A DNA stretch of 63,603 nt, filler included, from Reticulomyxa filosa (GCA_000512085.1; 11 parts of 11 records of this genome joined end to end with filler, not necessarily neighbours in it); one strand, 5' to 3'. Counted from the whole stretch's first letter, positions 48,889 through 62,299 are shown. Numbers and translations are program-made. The notes: generated by a model from the letters alone, not told the origin.

Positions 48889-51396
48889 TTAAGAAACGTA
48901 CTTAATCTGCACTTCTTTTTCAAAATACTCTTTTCCTTTGATAGCCATCGTCACTCGAATCATGGATTCACCAAAGTAAAAACGAACATATAGTTCGTCC
49001 TTAACATCATCAAAATCTGTTGGATATGCGACTTGAATTTCCCCTAAACATTTGCATCCTGTGATCACCCCTGGATCAATTTCCTCACTTCGATAGATCA
49101 AAATGTACGCATATTCGTCACTTTTACTTCGTTTGCTATAGCTCTCTCCAACCATCTGTACAATAATGAGAAAAAAAAAAAAAAAAAAAAAGAAATAAAA
49201 GTGGATTATAAACAACAAAATATGAAACTCGTAACTTGTCCCACGTCTACTTCTTCATCTCTTTTTACAAATGCACTGAAACAGCGATCAACATACTCCT
49301 TGTCATTGATATCATTAATATGCTTGTGTTCGTTGATATGATCTTCACTGATTCCGGGGTGGATTCGTGCTTTTTCAATTGGCATGCCACAATCAACTCC
49401 ATACGTGTATTTGACAATTCTGGAAGTGATGAAAGAAGGGATTCTTGCCAGTTGAGCAGCTCCTTCAATTACTGATAAAACGGATCTTTGCGGGATTACA
49501 AATTTGTACGTCGACTCATAGTGTTGTTTAAGTCTGTATTGCAAATAAGGAGATTGACTGAATCCACCCACCAAGCACATGTATTTCAATTTTCCATTCA
49601 ATATTCTTGTATTTTTTGTAGCATTTCATCCATCTGTTTGATAATGGGGTCAATTCTCAAATCAAATAATTTCATCCATAATTTACAAGAAAGTGATAAA
49701 TCTGCGCCATCGTACGAATGCCTTTTATATGTGTATACGTATATATGTATATACATATGTATGTGTATATGACACACATGTTAAAATAATTTATTTTTAA
49801 AAAAAAAAAATAGTATTTGAAACGAACCCTTTTTCCCCAAGATACTCCAATTTGGATATAACATCTTCCAAATCTCCATCAAAATTTTCTTGCATAAATT
49901 CATTAAATTCAAACGGGATTTCAATTCGATGGGCTCCGGTTGTCTTTTTATTTGAAAAAAATCTTTGTTTACTTTTTTCAATATTTGCCAACAATTGAAA
50001 ATATTGCTTGGGATGTATCACTTGGAATTTCTTCATCCTCTCTTCTCCAAATATTTGTTTAAAAAGTGCTTCAATATCACGGTCAACATAAGACCCTCCC
50101 CAAGGCCCTCCAAACGAAGCGATCATTTCTCGGACTTGAAATGGACCAGTAATTTCATGACACACCATATCGGCTGTCCCTGCTCCCAAGTCCATCATCA
50201 TATAACAATCCCCTGTTTGAAATTGAATTTCACTTTGGTTATCTCTCATTGCAAGCATCATACAAACACTTGCACATTCGGGCTCTAGTGCAATGATCAA
50301 TTGATTAGGGATGGAGGGACTCCATAAATTGGCTTGTTGAGCCCATTGTTTCATTAGTCCTTTTGCTTCTTCACTCCAAATTGCTGGCACTGTGATCACC
50401 CATTGGATTTTGGCTTCGTCCACAGCCAAGTTATTCTGCTCCAAATATTGCATTGCTTTGCGTTTGCAATATTTCAAAGCACCAACAAATACTGTCTCTG
50501 ATTTGACATTGACTTCATTCATGGATTGCAATTCTTGTTTAACAGTTGCTTGTTTGTTGGTTTCGTATTGACTCGCCAAATCTTTTATTATTATTAATTT
50601 TTTTATACGTTGTTTATTTCATGGCTGGCATTGTGATTGAACCAAAACAGATAAGAAAGGAATAAACACCAAAACTAACCATACAAACACATTTTGAATC
50701 GGTGAAATAGCAACCATTTGTTGGCGTCTTCGTTATTTGGAGACTGATATCTGTTATTATTTATTTTGAAGGGGGAGAATGGAGGAAAAGGGGGGGAAGG
50801 GGGGAAGGGGGGAAGGGATAAAAAAAAAAAAAATAGATGATAAAATAGCTTGTTTGATCATGTGTATTCATTTGAGTTTTAAACTTATTCCAAGCCTCAT
50901 TTCCAAAGGCAATGATATTATGATTTTCATCCAATAACAATGCTGTCTTTGTTTTTCCATTTAATTCTGTGCTGTCGGATACTCCACTACTATTCCAATC
51001 TGTTATGAGATGAACCCCTTTCGATTTTTTCATATTAATACCCATTGCTGTTCCTTCTGTTCCAAAATCAATTGCAATTATGCAATCGAAATTTTCCGTA
51101 TTTTTCCATGGAATGCTGGAGCTTTTTTTAATGAAAAACGGAGTCAGTACTAATTCAAGAGTGAGTGAATTAAATAGAAAAAACCTTAAAACTGGTCTGC
51201 GTTGAATTGGTTTTGGGGTTTGACAGTGAATGCATTTCAAATATTCTTGCGCGTTTTTCTTCTCACATCTTGTACAAAGCCATTCTCCTTTTGTGTGTGT
51301 TGTTTTGCTGGCTAATCCTTTATTAGCCACATCAAATGGGTATTTTTCACCTGTTGTATGTTCTTTTTGATCAACTTCTTTGTGATCCTGGGACAT
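48889..51396 (-). CDS. HSPA12-like Hsp70 with an N-terminal RanBP2-type zinc finger, multi-exon
   Basis: WLCTRCEKKN.....KCIHCQTPKP; IAIDFGT; QWVITVPAIW; IALEPECAS; MDLGAGTAD; GGPWGGSYVD; LVGGFSQSPYL; TSRIVKYTYG. Confidence 0.9.
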
Positions 51397-52068
51397 TTTT
51401 TATTTTCTGCCAGGGACTCAATGTAAATAACAAAATACGAACCAATCTGAACAAAAAACTCCTTTGAACGTCCTTGGTTAAGTTAATGTCGTAATAAACC
51501 GGAAGTATTCTCTTGCAAATTCTGTATTACTTTTTTTTGCTTATTGTTGACTACCTGAAATGGTAGTTACAATAAGATCAGTTTTTTCGCGCTGGCCTTC
51601 ATCTCAGCTAAATGTCTGTCTTTGCGCCTGCTGGATTTGGGTTGGACGAGTTTCTGGTCTTTTTTCCTTTCAAAAATCATTTTTTATTTTTTGTCATTGA
51701 TAAAAAAAACAATTGATAGACGTTTTGCTGATTTTTTAAAATTTTTTTTACAAAAATATGTTGGCAAAGTTAAAAAATATTTTTATTTGCTGATTTGTTA
51801 CTATTGATCTTTGATAAACAGCAGTGGACCAAATATACATAATTTTTTTTTGTGGCAAATCTTCAAGTCAAGATGATTTCGTCAAAAACTTTCAACTCAC
51901 GAAATCCTTCATAAAAAAAATCTAATCTTAAAAAAATAAAATATGCAACAAAGCGCACATTTTTTTTTTGGAATTAATCAACACAAATATCAAGAGATAA
52001 TCAAAATGATATTTAAAAAAAAAGATCAGCTGGCTTTAAACATAAAATCGAGTGGAACTTTTTTTTTC

Positions 52069-52237
52069 AGACGGGTTCAAATGTGAAAACTGCACATAAG
52101 GGTGTAATCAACGCTCATCATAGCGCCAGCATTGTCAAACTCGCCATAGTGATCAAGCATCTTTGTCCAAAGAATTTATAACTATCTTCGACGACTTGAT
52201 GTGCATGACAAACGAGGTCCAAGTCTTGTTTGCTGTC
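52069..52237 (-). pseudogene. PP1 serine/threonine phosphatase C-terminal fragment, degenerate
   Basis: [28 protein letters not shown], then a deletion/frameshift, then [23 protein letters not shown]. Confidence 0.8.
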
Positions 52238-53139
52238 ACAAAGGGGGGGAAGTAAAAAGTTGAAAAGTTCAAAGTTCAAAAAAATATACATATGTACATA
52301 TAATTATAATTTACCATAAAAACTTGATTTTCTCTCCATCCGACGACGTCTCTATCAGGCACTTTGGTGGAACGCTTGATCTTGCGTCAGGCAGTCCATG
52401 GACTGGACAGACCCCCCCNNNNNNNNNNNNNNNNNNNNNNNNNNNNNNNNNNNNNNNNNNNNTTAATTAATTAANNNNNNNNNNNNNNNNNNNNNNNNNN
52501 NNNNNNNNNNNNNNNNNNAAAAAAAATTATTGATTTGTTTTATTTTGCTTTGTTTTGAATTTTTTTTAGACAATCAGCTTACAACGATTAAAATGTGAAG
52601 TGGAAGAAGAGTTAAAGAAAAAAACAATAAGTATTAATATAAAAGTATTGTAGTGTTGTTCGAAAGGAGAGCAAGAAGACAATCTGAAAGTACGTGAAAC
52701 GAAGACCGGGAAACTTTTCACTTTAAAGTGTTGAATTAAGAAGACTTGTTTATATATCTTCATCATTTATTGCTTTTCAATGATCCAAACAAAATTTTGA
52801 GCAAAATGTTGTGAACAAACAACATTGCTGCATTGAACAATTTTGCTCCAATCCGTCAATAAAAAGTGTTCTTTTCAAAATTTTAGCAAATGTGCAAAGT
52901 GGCTCATTATTTTCTTAATAACAGAAATTAGAAGTTCAAACATCATCTTGGGAAAAATATTGAACGAAAGTTTTGTCTTATTTTTTTTTTAACTTGAACA
53001 CCATGTATACAGTTCTGTTTTTTTAATGAACAGTGGAACCAGAGGTTGTTGCAGCATATGCACGAACAGTAATAGTTTACTTTTATCGCTTGCGTTTACC
53101 AGTAAAACCAGTACTTTTGAAATACAAACGAAATAGAGA

Positions 53140-54195
53140 GAGAAAGAAATTTCCACTGTTTTAGAACATTGGCTTCGAGTATCTCTTATTCCAATGGGAT
53201 GGATCTATGATTTCAATAAAATTGTTGCACGATATGTTTCGTTTGTTTGACAAGATTATAGCCATCATCGTTTTTGAAAAAAAAGCAATAACATAAAAAC
53301 CATTAATAAATAGGCGAAATTTCATACACAGTTACCATTATTTTATAAAAGCGAAAGCGGAATTACTTGCGTAAAATTTTCAAGAGATGGGACAAAAATT
53401 GTGGCGGGTTTTAAAGATAATACCATTCGGGTGTTTGATGAGAAATTAAGGCTCATCAATGTATTAGAAGGAAATTCACATTTGGTGAATGATATACAAA
53501 TATCATCCGACAATAACACCATCTTATCGTGTTCAGATGACAAAACGATTCGACTTTGGGATGTGAATTCAGGAAAAGAAGTGAGGAAATTAGAAGGGCA
53601 TACAGATAGTATTCAAAGTGTTCAGTTTTCATTGGATGGAAATACTATATTGTCCAGCTCATGGGATGGAAGCATTCGATTGTGGGATGTAAGATCTGGA
53701 CAAGAGATCAAAAATTTGACGCTGCTCCCTTCTCGTGTATATGATGCACAATTTTCACATGATTGTCAAAAGATTGTGTCTTCATTGTCCAATGCAACAA
53801 TTGAAATATGGGACGTAACATCAGGAAAAAAAATAAAAGAATTCAAAGGACATTCAAATCAAGTTATTAGATCACAGTTTTCTCCAGATGGAAAATTTAT
53901 TGTTTCTTGTTCCTTTGATAAGACAGTTCGAATATGGAATGTAAGATCAGGAAGAGAAGTGATGAACTTTGAAAAGCATTCTGATTGGGTTGAAAATGTG
54001 AAATATTTTCCAGATGGTCAATATATTATTTCGTGCTCATGGGATAAAACACTTCGCGTATGGGATGTGGAGACAGGACAAGAAGTACAAATATTAGAAG
54101 GACATCCCACAGGCGTTACAGGTGTTGATATTTCATTAACGAATCAGCTTATTGTGTCATCTAGCGTTGATGGGACTATTCAATTGTGGCGATGA
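53140..54195 (+). CDS. WD40-repeat protein, spliced (start uncertain)
   Basis: About seven GH..WD repeats; upstream exon HWLRVSLIPMGWIYDFNKIVARY. Confidence 0.92.
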
Positions 54196-54701
54196 CAAAA
54201 TAACGCAACATGCATAAATTGAACCATCTTTTTTTTAAAAAAAGATTGCATTAACTATGAAATTCGCTTAGTTTTGTCAAATTGTTTGTATCTGGAATCG
54301 AACAATTTGACTAAATCTTTTTTTTTTTGCTTTGCAAGGCCTTGAAAAACCATCTGATATAGTCTTAAAAAAATAGTTGTAACCAAATAAGATGGCAAAC
54401 ACTCAGATTTCGTAATACACAAAAATTAAATATTGCGAATGCGTACATTAATATGATCCAACTTATTTGCACTGCAACATTCTTTTTTTGACTACTAAAT
54501 AAAAATGCTGTTACGCAAAAAAAATATGGTAAAAAAAAAAAAAAAGTACAAAGATAAATACATTTTCCGGAGTNNNNNNNNNNNNNNNNNNNNNNNNNNN
54601 NNNNNNNNNNNNNNNNNTTAATTAATTAANNNNNNNNNNNNNNNNNNNNNNNNNNNNNNNNNNNNNNNNNNNNAACAACAAAAAAGTATATTCAAAATGC
54701 A

Positions 54702-55465
54702 ATGACTGTCAAAGAGTCAAGCAACAATAACAACGGCGGCATCAACAACAACAACAACAACAGCAACAGCAATAGCAATAACAATAGCAATAGCAATGGC
54801 AGCACGAACAATATAAATACAAACAAAAATAACATGACAAATGCCATGAATCCGATCAATTCAATGAGTTCAATAAATGGCATTCCGAACCTGAACCACA
54901 TAACCAGTTTGCACAGTGTGAGCAGTGTGAATAGCATGAATAGCATTGACAGCATGGCGGATGCGAAGCCAATGGAAAATGAAAAGAACGACCACGATTC
55001 GATCGAACGAGCAAAAACGACAATGGAAAGGACAGTAACGATAACGTCGACGGCGTCACGGGGCTCCTTTTCGTCCATTTCCAGCCCACACTCGGATGTC
55101 GTGACACTGTCCCCCAATCCGAAATCCGATGATCCTCCTGACACGCACAAACATGCCGTGGGCCTTGCTTCCTCCGCTCCTACGCCGGCCAATGCACACA
55201 GTCCTCGAGACCGCGAGCCGCCTCCCTTGGAGTCTTCCCACTCCCAATCCGTACCCAAAACATGCTCCGCTCCTTCTATTCAAGACCTCAAAACTGGAGG
55301 CACTCCACCTCAAACTGACTCGCTTTTTCCTCACACCCCAACGCCATCACCAACACGGAGCCAAAGGCACAAGAGTCTGCGTCTGCACAGCCGGTGGTAC
55401 TACCATCAGCCAAAAATAATACTTCATCGTCATCTTCCTCTAATCTTGCATCCACGTCCAATGAG
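54702..55465 (+). CDS. Low-complexity Asn/Ser/Pro-rich ORF (partial)
   Basis: Open frame with protist-like composition; its 3' end runs into an opposite-strand Kelch-like remnant. Confidence 0.4.
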
Positions 55466-55467
55466 TT

Positions 55468-55745
55468 TCAGCTCTTTCTTTTCTTTTTTTTGCTCTTATT
55501 TTTTGTGTCGTTCATTTTCACCATATCTTGCACTTGTCCATTTTCTGATTTTGATACAAAGCAATGATATTGTATCCAAGCACCTCGTAAAATTTCATGT
55601 TTCATAAATTTAAATTTATTCAAATTATACACGCTAATATTGTTTTCATAATAAGTGATAAATAACAAATTATTTTTGCGTCCACCAATCACTGCACGCG
55701 CTCCTTGATAGTTGTCTTCATCTCTTATTATGTACGGCCTATAGT
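55468..55745 (-). pseudogene. Kelch-like family fragment
   Basis: NYQGARAVIGGRKNNLLFITYYENNISVYNLNKFKF..IQYHCFVSK, a GG-containing blade; no intact ends. Confidence 0.55.
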
Positions 55746-56397
55746 CACAAGAAAGGTGACAACAAAGTGGAACGTCCATAACCATCAACACAAAAAATTC
55801 ATCTGCAAGATGAAGATACAGATTCTGTGTAAATTGTGAAGCACAATTACTACACTTCGAGTGTTTTTTCACTTTTGATCATACAATTGAAAACATAGTA
55901 TCAATAAACAAAAAACAGCACCACTTGACACGCTAAATTGATTTGAATGAATTTTTTTTGAAATAAAAAAAAGAGAATCTATCCAATAAATTTTGAATAC
56001 ACGGTTTGAGCCTCTTAATCAACTTGAAATCGATTTATCTTCTTACTGAGATACCAGTTTTTTCCAAAAAAAAAAAAAGGTTTTTTTAAAGACAACAAAA
56101 CCATTATATCTTGTTATTATATGTCAATTCAGTTATGGGATATGAAATTAGGGATAAACACACAAAAATTGAAGAAAGGTCAGTGTGGTGTATCAGATGT
56201 ACACTCACCCAGGTGGCAGTAGAACAATTTTTTAGCACATTTGAAAGAAATCTTTTCTTGAAATTACAAACAATAAAGTAATAACAATTGAGTTTTCTTC
56301 ACATTAGGACAACGACTTGTTACTAGGTTTTTTAAAAAGTTTGAAAAGGTTTTCGAAGAAAGAATATTTCAGGAACACATTCTGCAAGTCTTGGAAG

Positions 56398-58911
56398 ATG
56401 TCGTTGAAAGCAACAGTATCCATCGAACCAAAAAAAAAAAATGTTGAATTAATCTTGTCGACATTGACAATGGAAAGTTTAACAGCGACTGTGCAAAAAC
56501 TTTGGTTTTCAATAAAAAGAAAAAACGCAAGTGATAGCGAAAGTGACAGTGACAGCGAAGATGACCAAGAACCAGAATTTGTTATTACAGATAAAAATAA
56601 TGTGAGAATTGAAAAAGATGAAGATGTTGAACGTGTGTATAAAAGCGCACCAGTACATTTTAATGCACGGTTAAAACCAAAAAAATACGTTAGAAAAGAT
56701 CAAATAAATGCTCAACAAAATCACATAATAATGAATCCATTGATATTGTTGGCTGGAACAATAAGACATGAAAAAAATGATAAAAAGTTAAACAGTGTGA
56801 AACACGATATGTTAAAACTCAAACAATTATTTAAAACAAGATTTAAGTATAAAGTAATGTCAACATATAATGATGACGATTGTGCAAGTGAATTATTGAC
56901 ATTGGATCGATTAAACCAAACTCTTAGTAATGCTTTACAAAAAGTCAAAACCGATGCAAAGTATGATGGTTTGATATTTATTTGGTGTGGTTATGGAAAT
57001 GATAAAACAGGTACATTGATAACTAGTGATGGTAAATATAAACATTGGAATGAAATTGCGAATGTATATGAAGATACCACTTTGAGATTTATAGCAAAAC
57101 CTAAAGTAATTATTCAAAATTGTATTGAATCAAAAACATCGTGTGAAATGAAAATTGATGAAAATCTTTCATGGAGTAGACTTGCGGGGTCAAATACGTT
57201 TTTTATTACCACAAATTTAATCAATGACGATCCCACTGGAAATACTGGCTCCATATTTACAAAACTATTTTATGAACAATTGAATGGAGATCACGATCAT
57301 CCAATTTCTCTCAATTCAATAATCGAAAATATGAATTACACAATTAAAGATAAATTTATGAATGAAAATGAACAACGATTGATCAAGACTTGTTCTCGTT
57401 GTAGCAAAGATATTTACATTGGAACTCATCAGCATTTTTTGTATGGTTATATTGAAAATACAGATCCAACTTGGATGGAGGCTATTAAAAAAGCTGAAGC
57501 AATGATGGAAGAAATGGAAAAACAAAAACAAAGTGGAATAATTGTGGTGGCAAGCAATTTAGATGAGGTGCTGGCACATTCTGATGGTTGCCATTGGAAC
57601 TTGGACGAAGATGTATCAATTGAGATGAAAGAAAAACAAAATCCAATGAAACAAAAACATTTTGTTGGTGCTTTTACCATTGCTCTGTTTCACTGCAATG
57701 GTGTTAAATTTGAAGATGTGGCCATTCATGGACGTGTATATGCTATTCGCTGCAGTATTGCATGCGAAGATGTTTATATTACCAATTATGTATTTCTCAA
57801 AATGTCAAATCTAATTGGTGAGAATGAAGACCTTGTTACTATCACTTTACCTGCTAATTTTAATCAGATATATGAAGCAGCAGTCACATCATATGATAAT
57901 GATTGTTATCAATTGTCAATAGGATATTCACTCTATGCAATCTTTTTAATGGAACAAAATCCGAGTATATATCCTAAACCAAACGACACCACACTTACCA
58001 CTTTGTATGGTAATTTAGGTTTTTCGTACAAGGAAATTGATAAATATGAAAAAGCGACTTATTATTTTGAAAAAGAATTGAATATTTATTCGACACAATC
58101 GGAAGTAGACAATGTTTATTTGAGCGACTGTTTCCATAATTTGGGATATATGTATTTCAAATTGGAACAGTACGATAAGTCTATCTATTATTTGGAAAAA
58201 TCATTATCTATTTGGCATGCTTCATTAGATATCAATAATGAAAGTGTTGGGCACTTGTACACTATCTTAGGTCTTAGCTATTATTTTAAAAATCAATTTG
58301 AAAAAGAAAGAGAGTGTCTGGAAAAATGTTTGGAGATCTACTTGAAAGTGTTGAGTAATGTGAGTTCAAGCGTCGCATTAGCGTATTATAATCTTGGTTG
58401 CGTATATCAGCGCCAAAAATTATATGACAAGGCATTAGAATTTCACGAAAAAGCATTAAATATAAGAATAAATTTATTGAGTGGTAAATATTCTGATGAT
58501 TCTGATGATTCTGATGTTCCTTATTGTCTTAACAATATCGGAAATTCGGAAAATGTTGACCTTTCTGGCTCTTTGGATGAAGACCTTGGCTGTTCTTATC
58601 ATTGTATTGGATTTGTCCTTCGGAAGAAAGGAGAATTTGAAAATGCAATATCTTATCATGAAAAAGGATTGAAAATTATTCGTAAATGTTTGAATTTACG
58701 TGATCCAGACGTTGAACTTGGTGATTCATATAAAAGCTTGGGTGTTGCTTATGAAAAAATTGGAAACAAAAGTAAAGCTATTGAAAATTACGAAAACGCT
58801 GTTTTCACTCTTCATGGAAAATTTGGAGCAAATCACAAAAAAACGTTGTCTGCAATTGCAAAGTTAAAAGAATACAAGAAATTTGATATCATTTCTTCTA
58901 TTTTTTTGTGA
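56398..58911 (+). CDS. Intronless protein: PB1-like N-terminus, caspase-like domain, TPR array
   Basis: NPLILLAG..LNSVKHDM.KLKQLF..YDGLIFIWCGYG..ITSDG..KPKVIIQNC; TPRs LYGNLGFSY, FHNLGYMY, AYYNLGCVY..YDKALEFHEKALNIR. Likely ATG at 56398. Confidence 0.85.
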   Translation: MSLKATVSIEPKKKNVELILSTLTMESLTATVQKLWFSIKRKNASDSESDSDSEDDQEPEFVITDKNNVRIEKDEDVERVYKSAPVHFNARLKPKKYVRKDQINAQQNHIIMNPLILLAGTIRHEKNDKKLNSVKHDMLKLKQLFKTRFKYKVMSTYNDDDCASELLTLDRLNQTLSNALQKVKTDAKYDGLIFIWCGYGNDKTGTLITSDGKYKHWNEIANVYEDTTLRFIAKPKVIIQNCIESKTSCEMKIDENLSWSRLAGSNTFFITTNLINDDPTGNTGSIFTKLFYEQLNGDHDHPISLNSIIENMNYTIKDKFMNENEQRLIKTCSRCSKDIYIGTHQHFLYGYIENTDPTWMEAIKKAEAMMEEMEKQKQSGIIVVASNLDEVLAHSDGCHWNLDEDVSIEMKEKQNPMKQKHFVGAFTIALFHCNGVKFEDVAIHGRVYAIRCSIACEDVYITNYVFLKMSNLIGENEDLVTITLPANFNQIYEAAVTSYDNDCYQLSIGYSLYAIFLMEQNPSIYPKPNDTTLTTLYGNLGFSYKEIDKYEKATYYFEKELNIYSTQSEVDNVYLSDCFHNLGYMYFKLEQYDKSIYYLEKSLSIWHASLDINNESVGHLYTILGLSYYFKNQFEKERECLEKCLEIYLKVLSNVSSSVALAYYNLGCVYQRQKLYDKALEFHEKALNIRINLLSGKYSDDSDDSDVPYCLNNIGNSENVDLSGSLDEDLGCSYHCIGFVLRKKGEFENAISYHEKGLKIIRKCLNLRDPDVELGDSYKSLGVAYEKIGNKSKAIENYENAVFTLHGKFGANHKKTLSAIAKLKEYKKFDIISSIFL

Positions 58912-59639
58912 AAATCTTCATTTACCAAAAAGGGTATTGCTATTTTTCATCTGTATTATTTGTTATTTTTGAGATAAATGATGATGATGTTGCTTGCTCT
59001 TATTACAAGTTAGCGCATTGCAAAGCAAGTAAATTTATTTGAGGATAGAAATTTTTACCAGTGTATATTCTTTGTACATGTGTTAAGGACATAAAATATT
59101 GTAACTCGCTCTTGTAATATTCCACATAATTTATTAGCAATGGGTAAAAATAGCCACTCATTTTCAATCTTTTTTGCAATTTAAACAAACTACTTAAATT
59201 TTTTCTTTGTGAGAAAAAGTCGTTCCATTTGTTCCAAAAATTTTGTTGATAGAATGCCTTTTTTGTGTTTTTGAAGAAAAGAGCTGAGATTGTACAAAAA
59301 AAGTCAAGATAAATCAACAAAATAGAGGTAATAATAGCAAATCGTTTCGACAATTCCCAAACGGATGCATCTTGTCGAGTAAATATTTTTGAAAGTGTCG
59401 ACATTTGTTTTTAATAGGATTACTTTTTTCAAAAATGTAACTCAAAATCAAATTCTTTTTAAACAGTTTGAAAATTAAAATAAGTAATAAATTACAAAGT
59501 AGAGAATTCATAACAAAGTTCAACAAAAAAAAGGTAAAACTAAGATTGCCAAAGGATCAATCATTGGCTGAAAAAAGATGAAAAAACTACAATTGATGGC
59601 TTCTCCGAACGTTTCAGAAATATATTTGTTTGTATTCAA

Positions 59640-60090
59640 TACACAAAGTGTTGAAAATTGGATTCGAACTTTGAATATTAAATTAGGATGAATGATTTCG
59701 ACAGACTAATTTGTAAATATGTTAGGCATTGGCTCTTATGTTTCATAAATTCAAGTGGAAAGGTATATTAGACATGACAATGAAATAAAGAGCATAAGAT
59801 TTTCACCAGACTGTCATGAGGATGTTTCATCTCCATTTGATCAAACAATTTGAATATGGAATATTGTATTGGGAAAGCAAATCCAAAAATTTGATGATAT
59901 TTTAATAACGTCAGCAAAATTTCCACCAGATGATAATACTGTTATTTCATCTCAAATGACAAAACAATTCGATTATGGGATGCAAAAACAGAGAGTTGAT
60001 GAAATTTGAGCGATGGAGATCCTATATTAGATGTAAACTTTTCTCCAGATGGAAATATATTGTATTGTGTTCATCTAATAACACTGGCAG
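59640..60090 (+). pseudogene. WD40 family pseudogene
   Basis: NWIRTLNIKLG* motif, then broken SIRFSPD / FDQTI*IWN / DKTIRLWD / FSPDGN segments with stops and frameshifts. Confidence 0.8.
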
Positions 60091-60401
60091 TTACTATTTG
60101 CAAGATTACTGGAGTTTTGTACTGAGCATTGCTCAAAAAAAAAACAACAGACAAAATTGAGTTTCGCAATATGTATAATAACAAAAACAAAACAGGCAAA
60201 ATTTAAAAAGAGAAATCACATTTTATTTACATTACAACAAATGAAATCTTTATTTTTTTTCTTTTGATATCATTACTTTAAATAACAAAATAAAAAGACT
60301 AAGTCGATATTGTGCTTAAGTCCTTTTAAAAAATGTAATTAGCTGAATTTTCTATCGGAAAAACAAAGAAAGAATTTTGTGTTGTGTTTCAATAAGTTTT
60401 G

Positions 60402-61582
60402 TCATCCCCATATCCGTATTGTTTTGTCAGCAGATGTTGATGCAATTGTATTACCATCTGGTGAAATATCGATACTTTTTATCCCTTTGTATGTCCTTCC
60501 AGTTTTTGTATTACATCTCCTGTTTTCACATCCCACAAACGAATTGTTTTATCATCTGAACAAGATACAATAGTTCGACTGTCTGGAAAATATTTCACCT
60601 CATTCACAAAGTGCGAATGTCCTTTCAATTCTTTTAATTCTTCACCTAATTTAACATCCCATATTCGAATTATTTTATTCCATGAGCAGGAAACAATATG
60701 TTGACCATCTGGAGAAAATTTTGCATGTTTTGGATAATTGAAATGTCCTTTTAATTGTTTCAATCTTTTACCAGACTCCACATCCCATAAACCAATTGTT
60801 TTATCGAAAGAAGATGATGCGACCATATGACCATCTGATGAAAATTGTACAGTTTGTATACCCCTTGAATGCCCTTCAATGTTGCGTATCTCTTTTTTGG
60901 AATGTATATCCCATAATCGTATTGTTTTATCATATGAACCTGATACAATATATTTATTATCTGGTGAAATATCCACACACCACACCGGCCCCGAATGTCC
61001 TCTCAATTTCATCACTTCTTTTCCTGATATTATATTCCATAAGCGAATTGTTCCATCTTGTGAGCACGACACAACACTATTTCCATCAGTCGAAAACTCT
61101 GCACGATTGATAGCATCTAAATGTCCTGTGAAAGTTTGTATTGTTTTTCCTGACGCAATATCCCATATTTTAAATGTTTTATCACCAGACACTGAAACAA
61201 TTTTGCGACCGTCTGCTGAAAATCTTACACTGGCTACTGCATCATGTGTTGGTAAAATTTTAAGCAATTGAAATAATCTTGTCTATATTTTTGAATCAAC
61301 TGCTTGTCAATTGCAAAAAAACATCTCACTAGACCCCTAAAATATAAAATAAAAACAAATAACATAACATATTTAGTAACAATTTTGTTAAAATCATGAA
61401 TCCATCCTAATTTAATATTTAACAATCGAATCCAATTGTGAATTATTATCACTATTTCTTTTTCTGACTGTTTATTTTTACTTTTTTAATCAACAAACTT
61501 AACAAAGATATACTTGTTAAATATGACGGAATCTTACCAATTGTGGTACCGTATTCTCATTTTTATTGATGTTAATATCCAT
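60402..61582 (-). CDS. WD40-repeat protein, spliced, with a 1-nt frameshift near 60483
   Basis: Seven WD repeats. The last repeat continues in another frame as IKSIDISPDGNTIASTSADKTIRIWG*. N-terminal exon HNWIRLLNIKLGWIHDFNKIVTKY. Confidence 0.88.
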
Positions 61583-62299
61583 TCCTTTGCTATGCTTGTA
61601 TTGTTCAAAAGAGAAGATTAATCAATCTAAGATTATTTGAAACGAACTTTTTGTGTCCCTTTCATAAAACTAATTGTGGAAATTAAGTTTGTTTTGATAA
61701 TTTGACAAAAATTAAGTATAGAAAATATATGTCATTTAAGTTCCAAATAAAATCGCTGCTATTTCGTTTGATATTTTTTAAAAGAAGGTAAGTTGAATCA
61801 ACAAAACATACAGCAGTGAAAGCAAATTGTCCCCTATTCACAAAGAGAGCTTTGAACGGAGGGATTTTTTTTTTTGCTTAATTTGTTTTACTGTTTTTGA
61901 GTGTTTTTTTACCAAACTTGCTTATTTGCCCGTTCTGAATACTAAGTAAGTTATTTCTTAATATCTTTCGGCCAAAGATGACATCTTCTTTATAATGGTC
62001 AAAAAAAGCTCACAGATTTCAAAATTGTTTGAAGGAGAGACTATGAACTTAAAATACAACTATCATTCAACTGGAAATTTATTCCGATTACGGATTCAAT
62101 ATGTCATTTAGTCAAAATAGAAATCAAATTATTGAAATATTTTTTAGTAACATTCAACACTAATGTTTGTCAACAAAAATGAATTTTTTGAAATTCCTTA
62201 TGAAAATGCACAAAACAGGTGTTGATTTTTTTGAAGAAATATTTTGTTCGTAATCCTTAACTTGTGTTGATTGTCAGAAGATCATGATATAATCACACA

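Noticed and set aside
50688-50699. 12-nt match (CACATTTTGAAT) of array spacer 23483-23514 to the eukaryotic Hsp70 contig
   Set aside because: Too short to be meaningful, and the flanks do not match.
60470-60490. Programmed frameshifting in the WD40 gene (and similar shifts at 26478, 33795 and 34495)
   Set aside because: Single-base shifts at short homopolymers are better explained by sequencing error or pseudogenisation; no slippery-site structure is evident.
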